A stretch of 64,000 bases of DNA from a virus (IMGVR_UViG_2974782369_000001:96001-160000); one strand, 5' to 3'. Numbered from the stretch's first letter, positions 1 to 8,283 are shown. The notes: generated from the letters alone by a model not told the origin. A program made the numbers and translations.

Positions 1-348
1 TTCTTCAGCAGAATCACTTTGAGATTTTCCACTTGTTGCCTCCACTAATTCTTGGTATTTTTCGATGACTTCATCGTGTGTTTCATATGCTGTAATAACT
101 TCATCCAGTTTCAGCATAATTGCCTTCCCCTTCAGAAGAGGCATCCATGGCTCAAAAGAAATCTCTGGGGCGGTGAGTTTATGAATCTCACCGTCTGCCT
201 CTGCAGTCATACCACCTTGAATCCACACTGAATATGGATTGACAAGTTGAAAAGCAATGACGGTTTCCTGATCTTCCTTGGTAGTAACCTCATACAAATC
301 AGAGATTACATCTTCACCGCTTCTTGTTCTTACGATTCTTACGCTCAT
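1..348 (-). CDS. Conserved T4-like cyanophage hypothetical protein, possibly Sm-like (3' end runs off the window)
   Basis: Hand translation from ATG at 348: MSVRIVRTRSGEDVISDLYEV...EPWMPL..., open to position 1; not in the ORF track. Confidence 0.7.
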   Translation of the reverse strand, partial: MSVRIVRTRSGEDVISDLYEVTTKEDQETVIAFQLVNPYSVWIQGGMTAEADGEIHKLTAPEISFEPWMPLLKGKAIMLKLDEVITAYETHDEVIEKYQELVEATSGKSQSDSAEE

Positions 349-556
349 AACATCTTCTTTCGATTTCTAAAATTGATTCTCGGATAATATCCTTTAGCAT
401 CTTCTCGGAAGAAGATCCTGTCATTTCTGCGATAGGTCTAATAACCCTCAACAATTCGTCAGTATAGGATGCTGGCACCTCAACTGTCAAGAGATCCGAT
501 TCCCCATCATAATTTGGTTTAGTTAAATTGACATACACATTCATAGCATACTCCAA
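314..556 (-). CDS. Hypothetical protein
   Basis: 80-aa ORF; probable start at ATG 544, preceded by GGAG; overlaps the next gene. Confidence 0.6.
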   Translation of the reverse strand: MEYAMNVYVNLTKPNYDGESDLLTVEVPASYTDELLRVIRPIAEMTGSSSEKMLKDIIRESILEIERRCYERKNRKNKKR

Positions 557-588
557 AATAAAAAGAGACCCCCAGCGGGAGTCTCTTT
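557..588 (-). terminator. Rho-independent terminator
   Basis: On the - strand AAAGAGACTCCCGCTGGGGGTCTCTTTTTATTTT: stem plus U-tract after the 605-796 gene. Confidence 0.75.
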
Positions 589-604
589 AGTTGTATACTA
601 TATA

Positions 605-796
605 TCAATCAAAGTCAGAGATAATCCTCTCACACTTTTCAAGATTCTTTTTGCAGAAGTTACGGACGTAACTTTCAACATCAAGGTCCATATTGTAATG
701 AGCGTGAAGGTGGAGTCCCTGAATTGCAATCAGAAACCCCACAACCAACAGGTTGAATTGAGTAACTGGATGAAGTAATACCTTCAGGTATTTCAT
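605..796 (-). CDS. Small membrane-anchored hypothetical protein
   Basis: 63 aa with one hydrophobic helix and a Cys pair; translationally coupled (TGATG) to the upstream porin-like gene. Confidence 0.7.
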   Translation of the reverse strand: MKYLKVLLHPVTQFNLLVVGFLIAIQGLHLHAHYNMDLDVESYVRNFCKKNLEKCERIISDFD

Positions 797-1152
797 CAGA
801 AGCGATACTTAGTGCCGACTTCAACTTTCCAATCAGTCTTATTGCTGATTTGGATTGCCTCTGCCTTTACTTTAGCAGAAAGTTGCTTAGTCAGTTTGAT
901 GCCAGTACCAACTTCAGCAGAAACTAGACCTTTGCTGTCTCCACCATCGGGGGTCTTAGCACCACCACCAACTTCAACATAAGGGCTGGCAATACCAACC
1001 TTCCAGTCATAACCAAGACGTGCTTGGTTGACTGCTTCTTTATAATTGTCGTCGCTAAATTTGAATTCAGATTTAGTCATGACGTAGGGACCAGCAAGGG
1101 CAGGTGCTGCGATCATGGGCAGTGCCAGAGCAGCAAGAGCGAGTGCTTTCAT
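796..1152 (-). CDS. Small outer-membrane beta-barrel/porin-like protein
   Basis: Signal peptide MKALALAALALPMIAAPALA|GPYV, amphipathic beta-strands, C-terminal KYRF (terminal Phe); start re-assigned to ATG 1152, which follows AAGGA. Confidence 0.75.
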   Translation of the reverse strand: MKALALAALALPMIAAPALAGPYVMTKSEFKFSDDNYKEAVNQARLGYDWKVGIASPYVEVGGGAKTPDGGDSKGLVSAEVGTGIKLTKQLSAKVKAEAIQISNKTDWKVEVGTKYRF

Positions 1153-1246
1153 TTGAAAATTCCTTTGAGTAAATTTACTAGGTGCCCAACTCATGAGCAC
1201 CCATGTAATATAGCACACTTAGCACCAGATTACGGTAAAGGATCGT

Positions 1247-1702
1247 TTAAGGTTTTGTGCTAATCTCATAAACCTTGAGTTTTTGGTGGTCTGGGATGAT
1301 TCTCTTCAATTCAATTGTCAGCAATCCATTATCAAACTTGACATCTCCAACTTCAACATCATCCGATAAGTTGAATCCTCTAGCAAAGGTGCGAGTAGAA
1401 ATACCTCTGTGCATGTATTCTTCTTCACCCTTTGGTTTTCCTGCAATAGATCTAACTAGAAGGACATTACTTTCAGTTGAAACTTCAATCTCTTCCCTTG
1501 CCCAACCAGCAAGTGCTACTTCAATCCTCCACTTGACATTAGATTCTTCGACAATATTGTATGGGGGATATGCTTCATTAACCGATCCCATTCCATAAGA
1601 GTGCAATCTGTAGAATAGATCATCGAATCCTACACTATATCTTTGTGCAGCATCTACCACGGCATTAAGATCTTTCGTGGTGAACTTACGCAGTCCAGTC
1701 AT
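1247..1702 (-). CDS. hsp20: Small heat-shock protein (Hsp20/IbpA family)
   Basis: YPPYNI, EVALAG, YMHRGIS.R.F.R.F.L and NGLLTI alpha-crystallin motifs; strong SD. Confidence 0.95.
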   Translation of the reverse strand: MTGLRKFTTKDLNAVVDAAQRYSVGFDDLFYRLHSYGMGSVNEAYPPYNIVEESNVKWRIEVALAGWAREEIEVSTESNVLLVRSIAGKPKGEEEYMHRGISTRTFARGFNLSDDVEVGDVKFDNGLLTIELKRIIPDHQKLKVYEISTKP

Positions 1703-1710
1703 TTGTTATG

Positions 1711-1768
1711 CTCCTTTAATAAGCGAGTTTGATTGTGTGGTCCCCGAAGGCAACCATACTTATTTAAC
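1711..1768 (-). promoter_or_regulatory. hsp20 leader: late-promoter variant GTTAAATA, a UUCG hairpin and a ROSE-like SD-occluding hairpin
   Basis: - strand: GTTAAATA...TGGTTGCCTTCGGGGACCA...CTCGCTT-ATTA-AAGGAG-10 nt-ATG. Confidence 0.6.
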
Positions 1769-1832
1769 AGTAATACCTAGAAATACATTGTCAAGCAAAC
1801 CGAACACATCTGTAAAGTTTTCCCGACCTACA

Positions 1833-1840
1833 TATAGATA
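1833..1840 (+). promoter_or_regulatory. Putative late promoter (TATAGATA, variant of TATAAATA) for the + strand triplet
   Basis: One mismatch to the T4 gp55 consensus, about 21 nt upstream of ATG 1862. Confidence 0.5.
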
Positions 1841-1861
1841 GGACTCTTAATCGATGGAAAA

Positions 1862-2314
1862 ATGCGTAAACTTCTTCCTATCGTAATGCTATTGATGGCA
1901 ACACCTGCATACGCTGGTGGTCTTGTTACTAAACATGCTTCTTCAGTCCAACTGACTGTTGATGCTGCTCGCTCTACTGCGGTAAGAATCGGTGGTAGTT
2001 ATTCTGCTTCTGGTTCTAACATCACGGCAGGCACGATGGGTGGTGTTTCCACTGGTGCTGGCACATATACTGTCACCACATCTGGACAAGATTGGTCGTT
2101 GAGTGAAACATACAACGCAGCAGATAGTGTTCCTGCATCTGCTGTTAGCACAGGTGATGTTCCTAACTTCGGTAACCTTACCTCTTATGCTGCTGGTTCT
2201 GCTGGCACACTCGCAGGCACGATTGACAGAACTCATGCTATCACGCTGACTGCTGGTGGTGCTGGTTCATCTGCAACAGGACAATTCGTTACTGAGATCA
2301 CTGTTATCGACTAA
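1862..2314 (+). CDS. Secreted Gly/Ser/Thr-rich beta-strand protein (hypothetical)
   Basis: Sec signal MRKLLPIVMLLMATPAYA; first gene of the only + strand operon. Confidence 0.85.
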   Translation: MRKLLPIVMLLMATPAYAGGLVTKHASSVQLTVDAARSTAVRIGGSYSASGSNITAGTMGGVSTGAGTYTVTTSGQDWSLSETYNAADSVPASAVSTGDVPNFGNLTSYAAGSAGTLAGTIDRTHAITLTAGGAGSSATGQFVTEITVID

Positions 2315-2326
2315 TACTATATAACC

Positions 2327-2743
2327 ATGAAGAGATTATTTTTCGTGGCATTACTACTGGGATCACCAGCAATGGCAGTCCCAGTAGTCCCTAACTTCAC
2401 ACAGGGGTCGATGACAAGCCACACAGAGACGACACAAAAAATTACAGAGACCATCAACTCGATGGACTATAACACAGGGTATCAATACTCTGTGACAGGG
2501 AGTGGAATTACAGCATCAGGTTCTTTACAACCAGGAACAGGTGCTAACAATGTAACTATAGATGGCGTGACATCATCATGGACAGGACTAACAAGCAGAC
2601 CAAACTTTACGCAGACAACTCCAGGGGGAGCATTTCAGTTCACAGAATCTTACCAAGGTCCTGGTTTAAGCAATCAAACAATCATTCAAAGAACAACAGA
2701 AGTAACAAGCATAACCGACACTACCTCTATCTTCTCACAGTAG
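2327..2743 (+). CDS. Secreted Thr-rich protein (VPVVPNFTQG cyanophage hypothetical)
   Basis: Sec signal MKRLFFVALLLGSPAMA; Thr/Gly-rich mature region. Confidence 0.85.
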   Translation: MKRLFFVALLLGSPAMAVPVVPNFTQGSMTSHTETTQKITETINSMDYNTGYQYSVTGSGITASGSLQPGTGANNVTIDGVTSSWTGLTSRPNFTQTTPGGAFQFTESYQGPGLSNQTIIQRTTEVTSITDTTSIFSQ

Positions 2744-3423
2744 GTATCAATCTTGCTTTCCCAATTCAAGCATACGCTGAAGTCGGGGGTGTTAGTGCTA
2801 CAGCTGCTCCCGTTGCTAATTCTTCAGGCTCGGTAACCAACCAAGCTATTCAGGTTTTACAAGGACCCTACATTACAAACACCTATGGGAATGGGATTCA
2901 GTGTCAGGGTCCCACACTAAACTTCACACCCTATGTCACTGGTAGTGCTTCTGCTACCAAACCATACGAGCCATATTACTATGATCCTGTCTATGACATG
3001 AGGGACATGGATGACGATGGAGCACCTGACAATCCTGGGTCTGTTTTGTATCGTGTCCCTGTAAGGACTGGACAGAAGGATAACTACAACCTAGGTGTTG
3101 GTTTCTCTGCTACATGGTCTCGTCCTTTGGATAAGAAATTGCAGGATCAATGCAAAGAAGCAGCTGCTGCTAACATCGCACTGATGCAACAGCAAACTGC
3201 TAACAAGAGATTAGATTTTGAGATCGCTAGACTAAAGAATTGTGGCGAGTTGATGAAGCAGGGTATCATGTTCCACCCACGCTCACCTTATTATAAAGTC
3301 TGTGCTGATGTGGTTGTGAATAATCCTCCAGGTCATACTCACCCACACGTACATAAAATTCCTACTCCTGTGTCTCGGAATGCTGAGGACCTTGGTCCCG
3401 CTCTAACAACTGGTAAGGAGTGA
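2578..3423 (+). CDS. Secreted/envelope protein with Cys pairs, a DxDDDG motif and a coiled coil (hypothetical); start uncertain
   Basis: Signal-like segment YLYLLTVGINLAFPIQAYA|EVGG; QCQG, DMDDDGAPD, CKEAA, NCGE, VCAD. Confidence 0.8.
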   Translation: MDRTNKQTKLYADNSRGSISVHRILPRSWFKQSNNHSKNNRSNKHNRHYLYLLTVGINLAFPIQAYAEVGGVSATAAPVANSSGSVTNQAIQVLQGPYITNTYGNGIQCQGPTLNFTPYVTGSASATKPYEPYYYDPVYDMRDMDDDGAPDNPGSVLYRVPVRTGQKDNYNLGVGFSATWSRPLDKKLQDQCKEAAAANIALMQQQTANKRLDFEIARLKNCGELMKQGIMFHPRSPYYKVCADVVVNNPPGHTHPHVHKIPTPVSRNAEDLGPALTTGKE

Positions 3424-3727
3424 GTGCTTCATTCAATGCCTCAAGCACATTCTCTTTGAATGTACGATATGGAATGAACAGTTCATCATCCTCAGTCTTA
3501 TAGTCCTGGTGTGTCTCTTTGAACTTACGATCTACATCATAGGTCAGATTTGTTACGATATCATTGATGATTTCAATAGACTTTGCGGTAAGTCCGTTCC
3601 AAGATGTATTGGGAAACATATCATCCTTGACACGATCTAGCAGTGCTTTCTTGCAATGCCATTGTTGATCAAAGATTTGGGTAAATGCTTCCCAGTCGTG
3701 TTGGGATTTGAAATGGGGGATACTCAT
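3362..3727 (-). CDS. Hypothetical protein
   Basis: 121-aa ORF with AGGT upstream; its 3' end overlaps the convergent + strand gene by 62 nt. Confidence 0.7.
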   Translation of the reverse strand: MSIPHFKSQHDWEAFTQIFDQQWHCKKALLDRVKDDMFPNTSWNGLTAKSIEIINDIVTNLTYDVDRKFKETHQDYKTEDDELFIPYRTFKENVLEALNEALTPYQLLERDQGPQHSETQE

Positions 3728-3865
3728 AGTGATTCTACCTTTGATTTTACAGATTTGGGAGTTGCTCTTAACTCTTTCTCCCTTTTATATCATCATCTAA
3801 GATATTTTCTATTTCCTTAATCAAATCAATTTGGTGTTTATTCTCCATGTCTAAAATAAAATTGT

Positions 3866-3902
3866 GGGAAATTCTATAGGTAATTCCCTTATAGTTTTTT
3901 TT
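3866..3902. terminator. Possible bidirectional terminator hairpin
   Basis: GGGAAATT-ctataggt-AATTCCC flanked by A-rich and T-rich tracts. Confidence 0.35.
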
Positions 3903-3910
3903 ATATTCGG

Positions 3911-4690
3911 TCATTTAGGTTTGAGCGTTTGTCTCAATGCCATTATAGCACGGTTTCGGTCTCTTTGCTCGTTTCTACGCTCGGCAGTGGACAGTACAGT
4001 AACTGACTTCCCCCTGATAGCAGCAATCTTTTTCATAACTTTCTTGACCGTTGGTTTGATAACCTTTAGTAGGATATCTGCCAGCGGTTTTGCCATAAGT
4101 GCTGATGCTGTTGCCACTACAGCAATACTTGAGGTAGTTACAACTGTCCCAGCAGCAGGAAGACCAGCAATTACTTGCTCTGGTAGAGGCACAGGTTCTG
4201 TAATCTGAATACACTGGTTGCCAACTAACTGATAGTCAGTAACTTTCTTTCTAAACCCCTCAATGTATGTGCCTACAGGTTCCTTCGCTGCTTGTGCTGG
4301 TGTGGGGCAGTCTATCTTAGCAGTAGCAGCGGGAGTTTTAGGTATCGGTAGATCAGGTGCTTCGGGAGCTTTGGGTTGCCTTGTATCTACTCCCGAAGGT
4401 TTAGTAGGAACTATCTGGTTAGGTTCAAAATTAATAGGATTATAACTAGGGACGCCAGAATCGCAGTACGTAACCAGACCTCTGTCGTCATCACTTCCGA
4501 GAGTTTTAGATTTGTTATTCGCTTCGTGGGCTTCGACACAACCAGGCACGTCAACGATAGGCACACCAATATTTACCACTACAGGTGCTGCTAGTGGAGT
4601 TGATGTGTAATATTCGTTAGCAGTTACGACCTTTGGAATGTCAATCTCCCTGATGTTAATGTTGGGAGAAGTAATGTTAGGAATCTCCAT
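3911..4690 (-). CDS. Membrane-anchored hypothetical protein (Pro-rich, 4 Cys, C-terminal TM and basic tail)
   Basis: 259 aa; hydrophobic VVTTSSIAVVATASALMA followed by a K/R-rich tail. Confidence 0.85.
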   Translation of the reverse strand: MEIPNITSPNINIREIDIPKVVTANEYYTSTPLAAPVVVNIGVPIVDVPGCVEAHEANNKSKTLGSDDDRGLVTYCDSGVPSYNPINFEPNQIVPTKPSGVDTRQPKAPEAPDLPIPKTPAATAKIDCPTPAQAAKEPVGTYIEGFRKKVTDYQLVGNQCIQITEPVPLPEQVIAGLPAAGTVVTTSSIAVVATASALMAKPLADILLKVIKPTVKKVMKKIAAIRGKSVTVLSTAERRNEQRDRNRAIMALRQTLKPK

Positions 4691-4803
4691 CAGTCATCGT
4701 CTTTGAATAAATTCGCAATCGCAGTGAATACCGAGTGGAATGCAACATAAAGAAAAAACTTTCCTTCAGCATCCCTGTCTCTTTTCCTTCTTGTAGTAGT
4801 CAT
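4690..4803 (-). CDS. 37-aa single-TM microprotein
   Basis: Hand translation MTTTRRKRDRDAEGKFFLYVAFHSVFTAIANLFKDDD; TGATG coupling to the next gene. Confidence 0.6.
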   Translation of the reverse strand: MTTTRRKRDRDAEGKFFLYVAFHSVFTAIANLFKDDD

Positions 4804-4805
4804 AA

Positions 4806-5414
4806 TTAACAATCATTGAATACAGAACCAACTTGGCTACCAATATTAGATCCGACTCTACCACCTAGAAGAGTTACCCAACCAGCAGCCAACCATCCTA
4901 TATAGGGGATGTTGACCACTGCAGGCACGAGAGCACCAGCAGCAATGCTAGTCCCTGCTAGGGCACCTTGACTCCGTGCGCCAGCGTCCGCCCGTATGCA
5001 CTCTTCGCTTTTCGCACCCGTCTTTCCCATGCCGTCAGCGGCACCTCCTAGGTTTCTAGCACCATCCATAGTATATTGATCGACGCGATACTCTCTGCGA
5101 CTTTCAATACCACCTCCACCAAACAATCCACCTTTCTTCTGATCTAACTTTAGTTGTCTCTCAGAATTTAGAATAGCAGGATCGTTTGCTTTGTATTCAA
5201 TCTTATATCCATCCCTAGTTGCTTCCACCTTATAGGAAGAGTAGTCACCATTAGGAAAATTAATTACAGGATACTGCGGTCTGTTTACCAGATGACCGAG
5301 CACACCAATATGAGCAACACCTACAACACCAAGTAATGCCAATCCAGCAATCTTTATTGGCGATCTTTTCTTTGTTGGTGTTTCAGTTGATGTTTCGGTC
5401 TTCTTAGTAGTCAT
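4806..5414 (-). CDS. Membrane protein with N-terminal TM and C-terminal glycine-zipper hairpin
   Basis: IAGLALLGVVGVAHIGVLG; GALAGTSIAAG...GWLAAGWVTLLGGRVGSNIGSQVG. Confidence 0.85.
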   Translation of the reverse strand: MTTKKTETSTETPTKKRSPIKIAGLALLGVVGVAHIGVLGHLVNRPQYPVINFPNGDYSSYKVEATRDGYKIEYKANDPAILNSERQLKLDQKKGGLFGGGGIESRREYRVDQYTMDGARNLGGAADGMGKTGAKSEECIRADAGARSQGALAGTSIAAGALVPAVVNIPYIGWLAAGWVTLLGGRVGSNIGSQVGSVFNDC

Positions 5415-5416
5415 GG

Positions 5417-5695
5417 TTAGAAGGGGAGAGCAGGTCCAGTGACAGCAGGAGCACCTCCACCGACTCCAGGAGCGGCAGGAAGGGCACCACCAGTAACCTT
5501 AGGCATCTTGGGCATAGCAGATTCCAGCATCCCTGGGAGGGCACCAGCGACTGCTTCTGTTGCTGCCTTGGTGGCAGCAGTCTTTGCCTGCTCGATCAAA
5601 GCATCTTTATTAAGAAGCACATATGCACTACCGCCAATGAGAGCAGCAGATGTAAGACCAGACAGAAGAGCGATAACGTTAATTAGTTTTTGCAT
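5417..5695 (-). CDS. Type II membrane protein (N-terminal TM, helical Ala-rich then Pro/Gly tail)
   Basis: 92 aa, TM at residues ~5-28. Confidence 0.8.
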   Translation of the reverse strand: MQKLINVIALLSGLTSAALIGGSAYVLLNKDALIEQAKTAATKAATEAVAGALPGMLESAMPKMPKVTGGALPAAPGVGGGAPAVTGPALPF

Positions 5696-5699
5696 GGTT

Positions 5700-6176
5700 T
5701 TAGATAGTAGGCATTACAGGTGGCTCACCGTCCTTCTTAGGTGCAGTGGCAATTTGAATCGGGGCTTGCTCAATACGAATCGTTTGCGCTGGAGCCGTCT
5801 GCGCCGCAGCTTGGATGAGTTTCTCAAGATCTGCCTTGGAGACACCGCCGCCAGCAACACCCTTGAATGTGCCATCGCCATTCTTCTTTGCTGTCTGGAC
5901 GCCAAAGGTAGCGAGCACCCCTGTAAAAACAGACGCGATAAAAGTGGGATCGAGTTTCTGCTCTGGGATGCCGAGTGCGGGCGGCAACTTAATGTAAGCA
6001 AGGGTAAGGATGCCACCAGACCAGACGAGGATACCAAGACGCACGAAAGTGCTAATGATGGCAAGGTGTTCCTCGCTATCACCAGCAGCTTCCTTGAGCT
6101 TAGCAAAAGGTCCCTTCTTCTTTTCGGCCTGTTTTACCTCTTCCTTTTCAAGAGATTCTTTTACTTCTTCGGACAT
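5700..6176 (-). CDS. Two-TM membrane protein (holin-like topology)
   Basis: Two hydrophobic segments (IISTFVRLGILVWSGGILTLAYI; TFIASVFTGVLATFGV) between charged termini; late promoter upstream. Confidence 0.8.
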   Translation of the reverse strand: MSEEVKESLEKEEVKQAEKKKGPFAKLKEAAGDSEEHLAIISTFVRLGILVWSGGILTLAYIKLPPALGIPEQKLDPTFIASVFTGVLATFGVQTAKKNGDGTFKGVAGGGVSKADLEKLIQAAAQTAPAQTIRIEQAPIQIATAPKKDGEPPVMPTI

Positions 6177-6199
6177 TGAATGAGCTGACGAGGCTCATC

Positions 6200-6207
6200 T
6201 ATTTATG
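6200..6207 (-). promoter_or_regulatory. Late promoter (CATAAATA)
   Basis: Overlaps the regA stop codon, about 23 nt upstream of ATG 6176. Confidence 0.7.
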
Positions 6208-6625
6208 ATTCAGCAACTTGTTTTTTCTTACCGATATTATACTTAGATTCTAAAGACCATTCACCCTTATCTTTATAAGAGATAACTTTAATTTGACTTA
6301 GTGGTGCAGCATCTACAATCTCATCAGACTTTGCAACTTCAATCAAACCCCAATCGGATAAGAGTTGAATGATGCGATTGCGTCGTTGTAGATCGTTAGT
6401 AGAAATATTTGCTTTCTTACCATCAAGAGCAAACAACTCTTTGAAATGCACGATGTAATATTGACCCTTCTTATGAAGAATGTGGCACGACTGATAGAGT
6501 TTCTTTTCCTTTCGTGAGGCGACACCAATACGAGTCAGCGTCTCACGCACCTTAAGAAAATCATCAGGCTCCTTGAGCATCACTTGAATCATATTATCTT
6601 TAGACCATTGTAGATCTTCACTCAT
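6203..6625 (-). CDS. regA: Translational repressor RegA
   Basis: PDDFLKVRETLTRIGVAS, LYQSCHILHK, YIVHFKELF; follows gp62. Confidence 0.97.
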   Translation of the reverse strand: MSEDLQWSKDNMIQVMLKEPDDFLKVRETLTRIGVASRKEKKLYQSCHILHKKGQYYIVHFKELFALDGKKANISTNDLQRRNRIIQLLSDWGLIEVAKSDEIVDAAPLSQIKVISYKDKGEWSLESKYNIGKKKQVAES

Positions 6626-7026
6626 TTTTTCTTTCCCCCTTTATTCAGTTTATTTTTAATGACATCTAATTGATCAGGAGTCAGAATGTTAAGAGCCTGT
6701 CGTGCTTTTTCATTACTATAACCATAGTATTGCTTGACAACTTCCAAATCATTCATCTTCTGTTTTTTGTCCCAAGGCGAAAACCTTTTACGAGACCTGA
6801 CGATATTTATAAAAAAATCATATTGAAGTTTCTTATCAAGATGAGAATACATATTCATCTCGTTGGCATACATCACGGTATCCATGTGATGTGACATGCA
6901 CTTATTCACAATATAAGGGGGGTAATTCTTTTCCCAACTAGGATCATCAGATTCCATCACACTCTTTTTGGTATAGTTAATGGAGTTGAGGTAATCCTTC
7001 AGGGGATACCTGTCATCAATTGCCAT
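6622..7026 (-). CDS. g62: Clamp loader small subunit gp62
   Basis: YLNSIN, YPPYIVNK, LQYDF, VKQYYGYS.EKA. Confidence 0.93.
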   Translation of the reverse strand: MAIDDRYPLKDYLNSINYTKKSVMESDDPSWEKNYPPYIVNKCMSHHMDTVMYANEMNMYSHLDKKLQYDFFINIVRSRKRFSPWDKKQKMNDLEVVKQYYGYSNEKARQALNILTPDQLDVIKNKLNKGGKKK

Positions 7027-7849
7027 AGTTTAAAAGCAGTAATTCCTTTCGTTGTTTCTGGTCGCTCATGTACGATCCCACGGATCGCATAGTATAGGTG
7101 AGGTCGAATTCGCCTGCTTGCCACCCTTCAAACCTTTCCTTGACAAGTTGGTCCGAATTATAAGATACAAGTTGATCACCGACGAAGCGGTCACAATCAA
7201 CAGCAAAGGTATCATGATCGAAGCACTTGTGCATACTACCTCGCCTTCCGTATAGGTTAGATTTAATGTCGTAGGGGGGATCAAGGTAGGTGAAGCACTT
7301 TTTGTCATCAGTAAGGAGTTGCTCATAGGATAAGTTGGTAATCTTCCAATCTTTGATTAACATGGAATAGTGAGGAAGATTCTCTATCCCTCGCATTGAG
7401 AAGTTTGAATCGCTCGCCTGGGCAGAAAAGGATGAGGACTCAGAGAGACCAGAAAAAGAGCACTTGTTAATAACGTAAAAACTAACGGCACGATGAAAGG
7501 ATTCGGTTTTTCGGGCGTCATGAGACAGATACTCCTTTGCTTCTAGAAATAGTTTCTTTGCACTGACAGAATCACAGTGACGATTCTTGAGTTGCACCAA
7601 CTCGTCACGAAGTTGTCTGCCTTCATCTTGCAAAACCCTCCAAAAATTATATAGAGGTTCGTAAAGGTCATTGACCCAGATATCCAAATGAGGATATGTC
7701 TGAGTCATCCAGATAGCGAAAGATCCACCACCTAGAAATGCCTCACGATATTCAGTGTAGTTATTCATGTCAGGCAGAAACTGTGCCATCTTCTTGATGG
7801 CACGAGACTTTCCACCAGGATAACGAAGAGGGGTCTTTAGGACGGTCAT
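7016..7849 (-). CDS. dam: DNA adenine methyltransferase (Dam/D12 class)
   Basis: LRYPGGKSR, EAFLGGGS SAM-binding motif, YLDPPY. Confidence 0.93.
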   Translation of the reverse strand: MTVLKTPLRYPGGKSRAIKKMAQFLPDMNNYTEYREAFLGGGSFAIWMTQTYPHLDIWVNDLYEPLYNFWRVLQDEGRQLRDELVQLKNRHCDSVSAKKLFLEAKEYLSHDARKTESFHRAVSFYVINKCSFSGLSESSSFSAQASDSNFSMRGIENLPHYSMLIKDWKITNLSYEQLLTDDKKCFTYLDPPYDIKSNLYGRRGSMHKCFDHDTFAVDCDRFVGDQLVSYNSDQLVKERFEGWQAGEFDLTYTMRSVGSYMSDQKQRKELLLLNYGN

Positions 7850-8136
7850 CAGGTAATAATTTTCTTAGAGGGTGCAGATACTTTACCAAAGGTGTCGCAG
7901 TATTGTTGCTCCAGATTAGGAAGCAGTTTAGTCATGTAGAGCACATGCTGTTTGAGAATCTTCACTTCTTTCTCATCAGGATCACCGAGGGGACAGAAAG
8001 GAGCGAATCCAAGTTGATCATTGCCTTGGGGTGCAGCAATCAATGCATCACAAACAAGGAGATACTCATCAGTCTCTTCAATGAGATCAACAATCAATTG
8101 CTCTCCATTAGAGAGACGCACATTTTTTACAGTCAT
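7849..8136 (-). CDS. Conserved T4-like hypothetical protein (Sm-like)
   Basis: VRLSNGEQL...LGFAPF...YCDTFG; coupled to both neighbours. Confidence 0.75.
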   Translation of the reverse strand: MTVKNVRLSNGEQLIVDLIEETDEYLLVCDALIAAPQGNDQLGFAPFCPLGDPDEKEVKILKQHVLYMTKLLPNLEQQYCDTFGKVSAPSKKIIT

Positions 8137-8282
8137 TTTAGTTTTTCAATTACGGAGTTTACAGATTCGGACATCTGGCGGTAACCAGTGCCAACATAAA
8201 TTTGTCCTGCCACAACGGCAAAGGTGGCAATACCCCAGAAGATATAATACCACTTGGATTTTACTTGGTGCTTCTTTCCCAT
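8133..8282 (-). CDS. 49-aa single-TM microprotein
   Basis: MGKKHQVKSKWYYIFWGIATFAVVAGQIYVG...; GGAG SD before ATG 8282. Confidence 0.65.
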   Translation of the reverse strand: MGKKHQVKSKWYYIFWGIATFAVVAGQIYVGTGYRQMSESVNSVIEKLK

Positions 8283-8283
8283 T

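Noticed and set aside
1862-3423. Curli (Csg) system assignment for the secreted triplet
   Set aside because: No CsgA-type repeats or recognisable CsgG/CsgF motifs; kept only as an unknown secreted module
3768-3848. 26-aa ORF MENKHQIDLIKEIEN...
   Set aside because: Very short, AT-rich, no SD; cannot be supported
5439-6179. 246-aa + strand ORF, and similar + strand shadow ORFs over cobS, cobT-like, g45, g22 and the VrlC-like gene
   Set aside because: Antisense to well-supported genes; they read as reverse-complement artefacts
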